A stretch of 64,000 nt of DNA from an uncultured archaeon (lineage in GTDB: Archaea; Aenigmatarchaeota; Aenigmatarchaeia; Aenigmatarchaeales; JAHLMS01). The position numbers were made by a program, and so were the translations under genes. The DNA lies in NCBI GenBank assembly GCA_964353775.1, contig CAYGWB010000002.1, forward strand, positions 69,185 through 133,184. The letters run 5' to 3'. This document shows positions 1 to 8,490 of this stretch, in pieces (within the stretch, counting starts at the first letter, position 1; every line of letters starts with the position of its first letter). The notes beneath the pieces are model-generated. The model was not told the origin of the DNA. It was given only the letters and a program-made list of their open reading frames with translations, and did no database searches.

Positions 1-94
1 TAAAAATATACTTTATAGTCAGCAACATCAAAAAACACTATTGTCTGTTGAGCCACTAATCAATTGCATATCATTCTCAAATGAGAAAAAATCT

Positions 95-855
95 CATTTT
101 CTTCCAAATTCCCACTTTGGCGGGTGAATAGGATGAAAACCACGCGAAACGGATGTTAACAGAAGAGATATCTGATTACAGTTCTATTTTACCTTCTCTA
201 ATCTTTACCATTAAGTCTCTTGGCGTTATCGATTCACAACCATGTTTTTTTAATATTTGTTGAACTTCGGGTTTCATAAAATGTTCAGTATTAGCTGTTA
301 CAAGAAATCTAATATCGTTCCTAACAACAAATTGAGCGATTTCGTAATCATCCTTTTTCAGATATAATCTAAAATTTTTCTCCTCGTTATTGCCTAATCT
401 ACTTAAATGTAAAATGCCATTAATGCGCTCACCTAAATTGAATGATGGATAAAATATCAAATCCGCACCTGCTAATGAGATCAGTTGCTTTGTCTGTTTG
501 GCTTTCACTATTTTTGTTTGGTCCTTTTCTAACATTCTATCTATTTCTTCTTCAACTTTTTTAGATAAAGCCAGGAATATTTTCCCTTCTTTTTTCAACG
601 TTATAATATCAAAAACTGCTGCAACATCTTCCTCTACAAATGGCTGCATGAAATATTGATCAGATGGTCTCATCCAAGATGACGTGTCAAAATAAATTCT
701 TAACATAGAACCCACTACATTTATATTAGTATCATAAATTTATAAACCGTCGATATTGAATTCTACATGTGGGCCACCTTCCTGTCAGCCCCAACAAAAA
801 AATAAAAATCGTTTCTCCTTCACATTTTCTCACGAACTCTCACTTTTGGCGGGTG
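95..855 (+). repeat. Imperfect ~33-bp direct repeat pair flanking the PIN gene (95-126 and 823-855)
   Basis: CATTTTCTTCCAAATTCCCACTTT-GGCGGGTG vs CATTTTCTCACGAACTCTCACTTTTGGCGGGTG, 27/33 identical by manual alignment. Confidence 0.6.
176..706 (-). CDS. PIN-domain protein (VapC-like nuclease fold)
   Basis: N-terminal 'IYFDTSSW', later 'DDYEIA' and 'FLVTANTEHF' match the PIN acidic-residue pattern; ends in 'ITPRDL'; AT-rich gene. Confidence 0.7.
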   Translation of the reverse strand: MLRIYFDTSSWMRPSDQYFMQPFVEEDVAAVFDIITLKKEGKIFLALSKKVEEEIDRMLEKDQTKIVKAKQTKQLISLAGADLIFYPSFNLGERINGILHLSRLGNNEEKNFRLYLKKDDYEIAQFVVRNDIRFLVTANTEHFMKPEVQQILKKHGCESITPRDLMVKIREGKIEL

Positions 856-899
856 GACCCGGCCCATGGCCCACCAAAATTATGTATTCTACACAATCT

Positions 900-1012
900 A
901 TTTTACAGCATATATTTAGTAATATATATAGCATAACAGATATTATTTAGCATACTCATTACGTAACATATATTTACTAATATGCTTTACAACATCACCT
1001 GTCTAACATATA
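900..1012. repeat. AT-rich cluster of TA(A/G)CATA motifs
   Basis: TAGCATA at 929 and 948, TAACATA at 964 and 1004, plus near-matches. Confidence 0.5.
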
Positions 1013-1052
1013 AATCACGCTATACGCGATTTTGCCATTTTTCAGTGAAAAC

Positions 1053-1268
1053 TCAGCGTTTCGGTCTTAGCAGATGATTCTCTTTGTCCACGACTTCTAT
1101 CTTGTGTTCCTCAATGAGCTTGGCCAACTCAATATAGAAGATAGCATAATGCCGTCAGTAGTTCTTCCATATATTGGAGCCCTTAGGGACCACCATATCA
1201 AGCAGGTGCTTATCGGTCAGCCTGCCTCTTTGTTCAAGCTTATCCAACATGGCATGCCTTAGGCCCAT
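1053..1268 (-). pseudogene. Small 71-codon gene interrupted by one in-frame TGA
   Basis: ATG at 1268 abuts the stop of the upstream gene; reads MGLRHAMLDKLEQRGRLTDKHLLDMVVPKGSNIWKNY*RHYAIFYIELAKLIEEHKIEVVDKENHLLRPKR*, with TGA at 1155-1157. Confidence 0.5.
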
Positions 1269-1613
1269 TCAATCACTCTTAAGGCCGTCAGAGAACTCCT
1301 CGATCATCCGTGTCATGTAGCCGCTGAACGCGCCGGGATCAAGGAAGTAAACGGTCTGGTAAGTCTTCCTCTTATCGTCCACGTACACCCGCTTTTCCTT
1401 GATCAGGTGGACCTTCTTGAGCGGATTCACGACGAAATAGAACGTTCTTTTAGGCTTCTGGTACTTGTCGAAGCCTATGCCCAAAGCAGAGCAGAGCGCC
1501 TGGTGCTCCATCGAGCCCTTCTGCTTGAGCAGCCCGATCAGCTTCTCGGCCATCGCCCGTATGTGCGCATTCCTGGCAGACTTTCCGTACAGCCAGGTTA
1601 TTATTTCCTTCAT
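1269..1613 (-). CDS. Hypothetical winged-helix-like DNA-binding protein
   Basis: Basic 114 aa; helix-turn-helix-like 'LKQKGSMEHQALCSALGI...FYFVVNPLKKVHLI' followed by a beta wing. Confidence 0.55.
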   Translation of the reverse strand: MKEIITWLYGKSARNAHIRAMAEKLIGLLKQKGSMEHQALCSALGIGFDKYQKPKRTFYFVVNPLKKVHLIKEKRVYVDDKRKTYQTVYFLDPGAFSGYMTRMIEEFSDGLKSD

Positions 1614-1983
1614 ATTATCAGATTAACATTAAGTGTCCATACATATAAATCTGAGCAAAAGGCCGTGTACAGAGAGGTGTGTCATTCATATATCTGACCA
1701 AATGATACTGATGGCACGGGAGACGTGTTTTGATGCACCCATATGTAAGCATCAACTGTCCAGTCTGTTTTTGGCCCGTTTTTCGCTCTTTTGGATAGCC
1801 CCAATTTCTAACAACCCTGATAGTCAGTTTTCAGTGGATTATAGGAGTTCGTTATCAATATGTTCAGTACACGGGAACTGATTATGGGCCTAAGCACGAA
1901 CTCTCACAATCATTGGAGAATATCCGCATGTAGCCGGCGCAGAACATAAAATCTTCCGTCCGGGCTAGCCCAATAAGAACGAT

Positions 1984-2331
1984 TTACTTTACCTTCGTCA
2001 GCTTCAGGTCCTTCTCACTCGGAACGTCCTTCATCCCATTGGCGATCCGGCCGAACTTTCGACGCAGACCTTCGAAGTCGTGCGCGATCTCCTCGCCGTC
2101 CGAGGTCAACTTTATCATCTTTACCCTGCCTTTCTTGTCAAAAGTCACCAGTCCGAGCTTCTTGAACAGCTCCAGAACCTTCACCGTGTGCGAATAAGTG
2201 CAGTCAACGGTCTTAGAAACCTGGGTCGCGTACCGAACGCTGTCCGATCTGAGAGCTACGATCATCTTGACCGGCTTCGGATGTAAAAATAAGCCGTCTA
2301 TCGCCCCTTTAACCGCTTCTCTTTGCTTCAT
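1984..2331 (-). CDS. Archaeal winged-helix (MarR/ArsR-like) transcriptional regulator
   Basis: 'KPVKMIVAL..YATQVSKTVDCTYSHTVKVLELFKKLGLVTFDKKGRVKMIKLTSDGEEIA' is a typical archaeal wHTH. Confidence 0.8.
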   Translation of the reverse strand: MKQREAVKGAIDGLFLHPKPVKMIVALRSDSVRYATQVSKTVDCTYSHTVKVLELFKKLGLVTFDKKGRVKMIKLTSDGEEIAHDFEGLRRKFGRIANGMKDVPSEKDLKLTKVK

Positions 2332-2419
2332 AACTCTCACTTTTCTAATTAAAATTACCCGAACTGCTATTTAAGTCTTATGCAACCTTTACAAAACATG
2401 CTTTTTATACATCATTTTG

Positions 2420-2490
2420 TTAAATATGTTATGTAACTTATCTTTTATGCTAACTATGTTATGTCACATGTAGCATAACATATAATTTGT
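2420..2490. promoter_or_regulatory. TA(A/G)CATA motif cluster in the divergent promoter between the wHTH and histone genes
   Basis: TATGTTA at 2425 and 2455, TATGCTA at 2446, TAGCATA at 2471, TAACATA at 2476. Confidence 0.5.
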
Positions 2491-2590
2491 AATATCTATT
2501 GTATAAGATATTCTTTACAAACATTGTTTTAAAACTCTCACAAGGCCCTTCAGCCAAAGGAATTTAAGGGAGAACGGACCATTCTGTTGC

Positions 2591-2794
2591 ATGGACCTAC
2601 CTTTAGCGCCGGTCGAACGGCTGTTAAGAAGGACGGCGATGCGCGTGAGCGACGACGCCGTCGAAGAGTTCGCCACGCTACTGGAGGAAATAGCTTCTGA
2701 TATAGCGGCCGAGGCTGCAGCGAACGCCAAGAAGTCCAAAAGGATGACCGTGAGCGTCGCGGACATAGAGGCGGCCAAGCGAAAGATTCTCTGA
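2591..2794 (+). CDS. Archaeal histone (HMf-like)
   Basis: 'LPLAPVERLLR...RVSDDAVE...AKKSKRMTVSVADIEAA' histone fold, 67 aa. Confidence 0.93.
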   Translation: MDLPLAPVERLLRRTAMRVSDDAVEEFATLLEEIASDIAAEAAANAKKSKRMTVSVADIEAAKRKIL

Positions 2795-3508
2795 TTAGGC
2801 CAGAACTGCGCCCATAATTGCGCCTATTCCATATCCTGCAAGCGCGGCCAGCATTCCTATGGCCGCCATCTCGATGCCGCCCTTGATCGGGTTGCCGACC
2901 GTCGTCTTCGTCTTGTACACGCCGACAAAGAAGAGGACGACGAGCGAGATTGTGAGAGCAACGTATACGGCCGTCTGGACGGGCAGAAGGAAGAAAGGAA
3001 CGGTCGGTATGAAAGAGCCGATGAAGGCGGATCCTCCGACGACAAGGGCGATGTTGACGGGGCTGAACTTGGCGGGCGTGAGCTTGAGCTCGTTCTCCAT
3101 CATGAAGTAGAGCCAGCGCTTCTTGTTCGAAGTGACGTGCCTTACAGCGCCCTTCAGCAACGAGCCGGCGAAACCCATCCTGCTGAAGATCGAGCGGACC
3201 TCGGACCGTTCAGCGTCAGGCTTCTCGTGTATCTCTCTTATTTCCCTGTTCAGCTCAGAACGGTAGAAATCGGCCTCGGCCTTGAAAGAAGTGTAAGCGA
3301 CAGCCATCATTGAGATCGATTCGGCAAAAGTGGCGGCCATCGCAGAGATTATTATTAGCTTTGCGTTATTGGTCGCGGTCGCGACTCCAAGAATGACGCC
3401 GAGAACGTTGACAAGCCCGTCCTGCCAGCCGAGGATGAAGTCCCTCAGCCTGGTCGGCTTCTTGTGCGGCTCCTTGTGCTTTAGCCTGAAAAGCGGCTGA
3501 CGAACCAT
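2795..3508 (-). CDS. VIT1/CCC1 family Fe/Mn transporter
   Basis: 'LRDFILGWQDGLVNVLGVILGV', 'AESISM', several TM helices. Confidence 0.9.
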   Translation of the reverse strand: MVRQPLFRLKHKEPHKKPTRLRDFILGWQDGLVNVLGVILGVATATNNAKLIIISAMAATFAESISMMAVAYTSFKAEADFYRSELNREIREIHEKPDAERSEVRSIFSRMGFAGSLLKGAVRHVTSNKKRWLYFMMENELKLTPAKFSPVNIALVVGGSAFIGSFIPTVPFFLLPVQTAVYVALTISLVVLFFVGVYKTKTTVGNPIKGGIEMAAIGMLAALAGYGIGAIMGAVLA

Positions 3509-3609
3509 GAAAATAGAGCACATCCTGATTAAAAAAGCGTTTCTATTCACCACTTGCGGTCGGCAGATACAAATAAATCCTTTCTGCTGCAGTATAAGCA
3601 CGTGAGAAA

Positions 3610-4629
3610 ATGGAAGTTGACGCAGTTCTTGAACGCATAATCGCGACGACCGGGATGAATAATGAGGACCTGGAGAGGAAGATAGCCGATAAGCAGAGGG
3701 AGCTGTCCGGTCTTGTCAGCCGCGAGGGCGCGGCCTACATAATCGCGAAGGAACTTGGGCTGGAACTGTTCGAGAAGTCCAAGCGCAGGCTGGAAATAAA
3801 GAGCGTCATACCTGGACTGAAGAACGTGACGCTCACCGCACGGATAGTTCGGATGTTCGAGCCACGACAATTTGAGAAGGACGGACAGAAATCGTGCGTG
3901 GCGAACGTCATACTGGGCGACGGGAGCGGCTCGTTAAGGCTCTCGCTGTGGGACCTGCAGTGCGACCTGCTCAAGCAGCTGCAACCCGGACTAGCTGTCG
4001 AGGTGTACGGAGCGTACACGAAGGACGACAGCCGGGGCGGGACTGAAATAAGGCTGAGCAAACGCGGCGGGATGAGAGTTCTGCCGAAGAGCGATCTGCC
4101 GAGCATGGATCAGATAAGGACGGCCTCGACGGAGACGCCGACAAGGGTGGACCTATCGGCGCTGAAAGAGGGCGGACTTTTCGAGGTGCGCGCGGCAATC
4201 GTGCAGCTGTTCGACAGCAACATGTTCTACGAAGTGTGCCCGACTTGCGGGACGCGCGTGCATAAGGAGACCGTAACGGAAGGCGCGAGACAGTATATGG
4301 TGTACAAGTGCGGCCAGCACGGGGAAGTGCAGCCGACGCATGCGATGGTCGTGTCCGGCGTAATAGACGACGGAACGGCGAACACGCGTGCCGTGTGGTT
4401 CAGGGACGCGGCGCTGAGCCTGATTGGAATGACCTTAGAGGACGCGGTCACGCACAGGGACGGACTTCTGGATAGCATAGACGTTCTCGGAAAGGAGTTC
4501 ATAATGGTCGGACGCGTTAAGAGGAACAAGATGTTCAATCGCATCGAATTCATAGTAAACAGCGTCAAGCCGGTCGAGCCGAAAAACGAGACTGAGGCGC
4601 TAATAAACGAATTGCGCAAGGGAAGTTAA
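3610..4629 (+). CDS. rpa: Replication protein A (OB folds plus Zn finger)
   Basis: 'GLVSREGAAYIIAKELG' N-terminus, OB fold 'GDGSGSLRLSLWD', 'CPTC...CGQHG' Zn motif, 'IDDGTAN'. Confidence 0.88.
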   Translation: MEVDAVLERIIATTGMNNEDLERKIADKQRELSGLVSREGAAYIIAKELGLELFEKSKRRLEIKSVIPGLKNVTLTARIVRMFEPRQFEKDGQKSCVANVILGDGSGSLRLSLWDLQCDLLKQLQPGLAVEVYGAYTKDDSRGGTEIRLSKRGGMRVLPKSDLPSMDQIRTASTETPTRVDLSALKEGGLFEVRAAIVQLFDSNMFYEVCPTCGTRVHKETVTEGARQYMVYKCGQHGEVQPTHAMVVSGVIDDGTANTRAVWFRDAALSLIGMTLEDAVTHRDGLLDSIDVLGKEFIMVGRVKRNKMFNRIEFIVNSVKPVEPKNETEALINELRKGS

Positions 4630-4671
4630 AGGATAAATAGTTTGCGGTCAATTGTTATAGGTCTGATTTTT

Positions 4672-5655
4672 ATGGCTGAGAAAGAGAAAGTGAAGGCTGT
4701 CGCGGATCTGCCGGGCGTCGGTGAGAAGATTGCGGAGAAACTGCACGACTCCGGATACGAGGACATGATGGCTGTTGCGGCCGCCAGTCCAGCCGAAATG
4801 GCCGAGGCGGCCGAGCTCGGGGAAGCGACCGCAGCAAAGATAATTTCTGCCGCGCGTGACGCGCTTGAGATGGGATTCGAGACCGCAACGAAAGTGCTGG
4901 AAAAAAGAGCGAAGGTCGGACACATCTCAACCGCCAGCAAGAACCTGGACAATTTGCTCGGCGGGAAGGGAATCGAGACCGGAGCGACCACGGAGTTCCA
5001 CGGTGCGTTCGGCTCGAGCAAGACACAGATTGCGCACCAACTGTCCGTTATGGTACAAATGCCAGTTGACAAAGGCGGGCTCAACGGAGCCGCCCTCTAC
5101 ATCGATACAGAGGCCACGTTCCGACCTGAAAGAATAAAGCAGATGGCCGAGGCCCTGAAGCTGGACCCGAAGAAGGTGCTGGAGAACATCTACGTCGCAC
5201 GTGCATATAATTCCGATCACCAGACGCTTTTGGCCGTGAAGGCGGGCGACCTGATCAAGGAGAAGAACGTCAAGCTGATTATAGTCGACTCCGTGACAGC
5301 GCTGTTCCGCTCAGATTTCTCAGGTCGAGGCGAACTAGCGCCAAGGCAGCAGAAACTCAACCGCCACCTGCACACATTGCAGAGGCTGGCGGACGTCTAT
5401 AATATTGCGATATATCTGACCAACCAGGTGATGTCCAGGCCGGACGTAATGTACGGCGACCCGACGACGCCGATAGGCGGCCACATCATGGGGCATTTCT
5501 CGACCTTCCGCGTGTACGTGAGAAAGTCGAAGGGCGACACGCGCATAGGCAGGATGATAGACAGCCCGAACCTGCCCGAGGCCGAATGCGTGTTCTGCAT
5601 AAAGCCCGAGGGCGTCCGTGACCCGGAAGAAGACGAGAAGAGAAAGCGAGAGTAG
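4672..5655 (+). CDS. radA: DNA repair and recombination protein RadA
   Basis: HhH 'DLPGVG', Walker A 'GAFGSSKTQ', 'YIDTEATFRPERI', 'GRGELAPRQQKL'. Confidence 0.96.
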   Translation: MAEKEKVKAVADLPGVGEKIAEKLHDSGYEDMMAVAAASPAEMAEAAELGEATAAKIISAARDALEMGFETATKVLEKRAKVGHISTASKNLDNLLGGKGIETGATTEFHGAFGSSKTQIAHQLSVMVQMPVDKGGLNGAALYIDTEATFRPERIKQMAEALKLDPKKVLENIYVARAYNSDHQTLLAVKAGDLIKEKNVKLIIVDSVTALFRSDFSGRGELAPRQQKLNRHLHTLQRLADVYNIAIYLTNQVMSRPDVMYGDPTTPIGGHIMGHFSTFRVYVRKSKGDTRIGRMIDSPNLPEAECVFCIKPEGVRDPEEDEKRKRE

Positions 5656-5694
5656 CTACAGCTAACCATTTCTAAAACAGAAAAAAAGTGAAAT

Positions 5695-6273
5695 TTATTT
5701 GCGTCCGACCCAGCGCATAGGTTTGATTGTTATATCGGGCGAGTTCTTTGTGTCCGGCCGCTCCTGTGCATCGACATGCTCGCGCCTGACCGTGCCCTTG
5801 CGCGTGTAGACTGTGTATAGCATGTCCATTATGTTGCTTGCAGTAGAACCTATCGTACCTGATATATTGCGAAGGTTTTCAGCTGTGGTCAGAACAGGCC
5901 GCACAGTATCGATATCGATGGCCACACCGTCATCATAATGGACTTCGTCTATCTTTAACCGTAAATCGCCTTCTCCCTTGTAGTAGGAAGGCCGTATGAA
6001 AGAACTTCGGGCTATGTCGTCGAAATCCCAGTTGTTGCGCGGCTGGCCGAGCTCATCCATCCGGGTCGATATCGAAGCCCAGGAAAAGAACTTGTCCTTG
6101 CTCCGCTTTGCCACTGAATATTCGAAGCTTCTCAGCGGTGGCTTGAGTTCCTGGATGTAGAGGGCCTGCCAGGCGCCATGTGCTTCATCATAGCAGGGCG
6201 TCTTTGGATCGTTGAGTTTCACAATAGCCTTGTCGAGCTGTCTTGGTGTCAAAGGCTCGATTGTGATTGGCAT
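5695..6273 (-). CDS. Hypothetical protein
   Basis: 192-aa ORF filling the gap between genes; no recognisable motif. Confidence 0.6.
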   Translation of the reverse strand: MPITIEPLTPRQLDKAIVKLNDPKTPCYDEAHGAWQALYIQELKPPLRSFEYSVAKRSKDKFFSWASISTRMDELGQPRNNWDFDDIARSSFIRPSYYKGEGDLRLKIDEVHYDDGVAIDIDTVRPVLTTAENLRNISGTIGSTASNIMDMLYTVYTRKGTVRREHVDAQERPDTKNSPDITIKPMRWVGRK

Positions 6274-6319
6274 GCCCAGTGATGGAAATTAATCTTTAAA
6301 AAGTCGACGACGGCCAGAA

Positions 6320-6505
6320 CTATTCCACTGGTTGCACGGTCTGCGTCAGTCTTATTTTATTCGGCTTGCCCAGTTCCCTGTACTCCGTCTTTGACAGGGC
6401 GTAACTGTCGCCGCCCATCTTGTTGTACTCTACGACACCGTCGCGGCCTTTTTCTATAGTTTCGAGCGGCAAAGTAGACGTATGTGTGATCTTCTTGATA
6501 GCCAA
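6320..6505 (-). CDS. Small hypothetical protein
   Basis: 61 aa, TTG start preceded by a GGTGG RBS, co-oriented with the PRC-barrel gene. Confidence 0.55.
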   Translation of the reverse strand: MAIKKITHTSTLPLETIEKGRDGVVEYNKMGGDSYALSKTEYRELGKPNKIRLTQTVQPVE

Positions 6506-6516
6506 AAAAATCCACC

Positions 6517-6780
6517 TTAAACGATGTCTTTCTCGGCGATTATGATGAAGTCGCCAACGCTCTTCACTGCGCTGAAAGGTATCAGAAGACGGCCCTTGTC
6601 ATCCTCGCTGAGACCTAGATCCTGGGCGCCCTTCGTCGGCTCTGTAACAACAAGGTTCATGAGCTCGCCGCTCTCTGTAATGAATGCGACATCGCCAACG
6701 ACGCCGAACTTGCGGCCGCTCTCTTCGCTGACTATGACTTTGCCAAGGACTTCCTTACCGCGCACTCTTTCATCAGGCAT
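6517..6780 (-). CDS. Single PRC-barrel protein (CdpB-like)
   Basis: 'LGKVIVSEESGRKFGVVGDV...SGELMNLVV...LIPFSAVKSVGDFIII'; GGAGGTG RBS. Confidence 0.88.
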   Translation of the reverse strand: MPDERVRGKEVLGKVIVSEESGRKFGVVGDVAFITESGELMNLVVTEPTKGAQDLGLSEDDKGRLLIPFSAVKSVGDFIIIAEKDIV

Positions 6781-6917
6781 AATAGCACCTCCAAATGATG
6801 TCTATACATCGAATAGCGAATATTTATACTTTTGCTTGTCGTGTTTTGAAATTGAGAATAATTATATTTCTGCTTATAATAACCGCAGGCGTGAATTTTG
6901 CATCCGGCAACTCGCAA

Positions 6918-7847
6918 TCACAAATATTTCAATTTTCCTTTCACGTCCCGGACCGATTCGTAGCCTTTTCTTTTTAGAATATCTTCCAACTCTTTGTCTA
7001 TTCTCTCGAAACTGGCCGGCCCCTCCTTCTCGAAGGCCGTTGCTATCTGAACGGCGTCCGCGCCGGCGAGCAGGAACTCGAAGGCGTCCGTGCCTGTTCT
7101 GACCCCGCCGACCCCGAATATCGAGACATCGTCCTTCAGGAGCTCGTAGAACGTCCGTACGTTCGCCAGGGCTATCGGTTTGATGTAATCGCCGCAAAGA
7201 CCGCCGAACCCTTTCTTAGGTTTTATGATCGGCCTTTCGGTTTCCGGGTCGATTATCAGCGTGTTCCCGACGGAGTTTATGCAGCTGATGAAGGAGACGT
7301 CGTATTTTCTGATCAGGCCGGCCATCTGCTTCTGGTGGACAGAGTCGAAATAGGGCGGCAGCTTCAGCCCGATCGGTTTTTTGCCCAAATGTGAGACTTC
7401 TCTCAAGACCTCTTCGGTATGTTCGAAGTCGTAAGCGACCTGCGGCTTTCCCTCAATGTTCGGGCAGGACAGATTGACCTCGATCAGGTCGGCATCGCTC
7501 TCCTGGAAGGCGCCGACCATTGTCCGGTAGTCTTCAGTGCACAGTCCGGCAACGCTCGCCACAACGGGTTTGCCGTATTTTCTCAGTTCTGAAGCGAACC
7601 TGACGTATTCTTTGTAGCCCAGATTCGGCAGCCCCATGCTTTGAATCGAACCCAACGGCAGCCTCACATATCTCGGCTCGTCGTTACCCTTTCTCGGCTC
7701 TATCGTGCTGGACTTCATCACGGTCGCGGCTGAACGTGATCTTGCGATAACTTCGAGCTCCTCGAGCGTAGAGTCATTCGGACCGGAAGCGTTCAGAACA
7801 TAGGAGCCGAGTTCTACCCCGGCTATTTTCGTATTTGTAGTCGTCAA
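6918..7847 (-). CDS. pyrD: Dihydroorotate dehydrogenase, class 1A
   Basis: 'NASG', 'GLPNLG', catalytic 'NLSCPN', 'KLPPYFD', 'INSVGN', 'GFGGLCG..IKPIALANV'. Confidence 0.92.
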   Translation of the reverse strand: MTTTNTKIAGVELGSYVLNASGPNDSTLEELEVIARSRSAATVMKSSTIEPRKGNDEPRYVRLPLGSIQSMGLPNLGYKEYVRFASELRKYGKPVVASVAGLCTEDYRTMVGAFQESDADLIEVNLSCPNIEGKPQVAYDFEHTEEVLREVSHLGKKPIGLKLPPYFDSVHQKQMAGLIRKYDVSFISCINSVGNTLIIDPETERPIIKPKKGFGGLCGDYIKPIALANVRTFYELLKDDVSIFGVGGVRTGTDAFEFLLAGADAVQIATAFEKEGPASFERIDKELEDILKRKGYESVRDVKGKLKYL

Positions 7848-7901
7848 AAACCTTCCTAAAATTCGTTTTGCGTATTTAAAAATTTATGTATCTTACAGCA
7901 A

Positions 7902-8465
7902 TCATACGTTTGTCTGTAGAAGTTCGGCCATCAACTTCGTCACCTTTTCTTCGAGTTCTTGCAGCGTGCCCTTGTTGCTTATTTTGTAATCGGCATTCTT
8001 GATCAGCCTGCCCTCGCCGTGGCTAAGCTCGAGCTTGTCGCGTTTTTTCAAGTAGGCCTCGGACTCGGTTTTTCCGAATCGGCCGCGTGCGTGCTCGCGG
8101 CTGTGCCGCAAACGGAAAGGCGCGGTTATCGCGATTATGACGGGTTTCTGGCCTGCCAGCTCGGCGAGATATTTTACGTGCTGCGGCGACCTGAAGCCCT
8201 CGATAATGATTATCGGCTTCCTGGCCAGTCTCACCTTATCCCAGACGCGCTGAGTGACCAGCTTCTCACGGCCGCCGGTGTGGAACCAGTGCGCGATAGC
8301 CATATCGGCCGTCGGAGAATACTCGAGACCGCGGTTATGTATCTCCTCGCGGATGATGTCGCCGCTATGAACTTCGGCTGCGTTGAATTTCTTGGTTATT
8401 ATATCTGCGGCGGCCGACTTTCCGGAACCGGCCATGCCGACTATAAGGAGCAGAAGCTTTGGCAT
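7902..8465 (-). CDS. Nucleoside-monophosphate/dephospho-CoA kinase-like P-loop protein (UPF0200-like)
   Basis: 'GMAGSGKS', 'GDIIREE', 'EGFRS', 'RDKLEL..G..IKNADYKISN'. Confidence 0.8.
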   Translation of the reverse strand: MPKLLLLIVGMAGSGKSAAADIITKKFNAAEVHSGDIIREEIHNRGLEYSPTADMAIAHWFHTGGREKLVTQRVWDKVRLARKPIIIIEGFRSPQHVKYLAELAGQKPVIIAITAPFRLRHSREHARGRFGKTESEAYLKKRDKLELSHGEGRLIKNADYKISNKGTLQELEEKVTKLMAELLQTNV

Positions 8466-8490
8466 AACAAATGTGAGACTTTCTTATTAA

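Noticed and set aside
1155..1157. Selenocysteine or genome-wide TGA recoding
   Set aside because: Many conserved genes here end in TGA at the expected position; no Cys-like context or evident SECIS.
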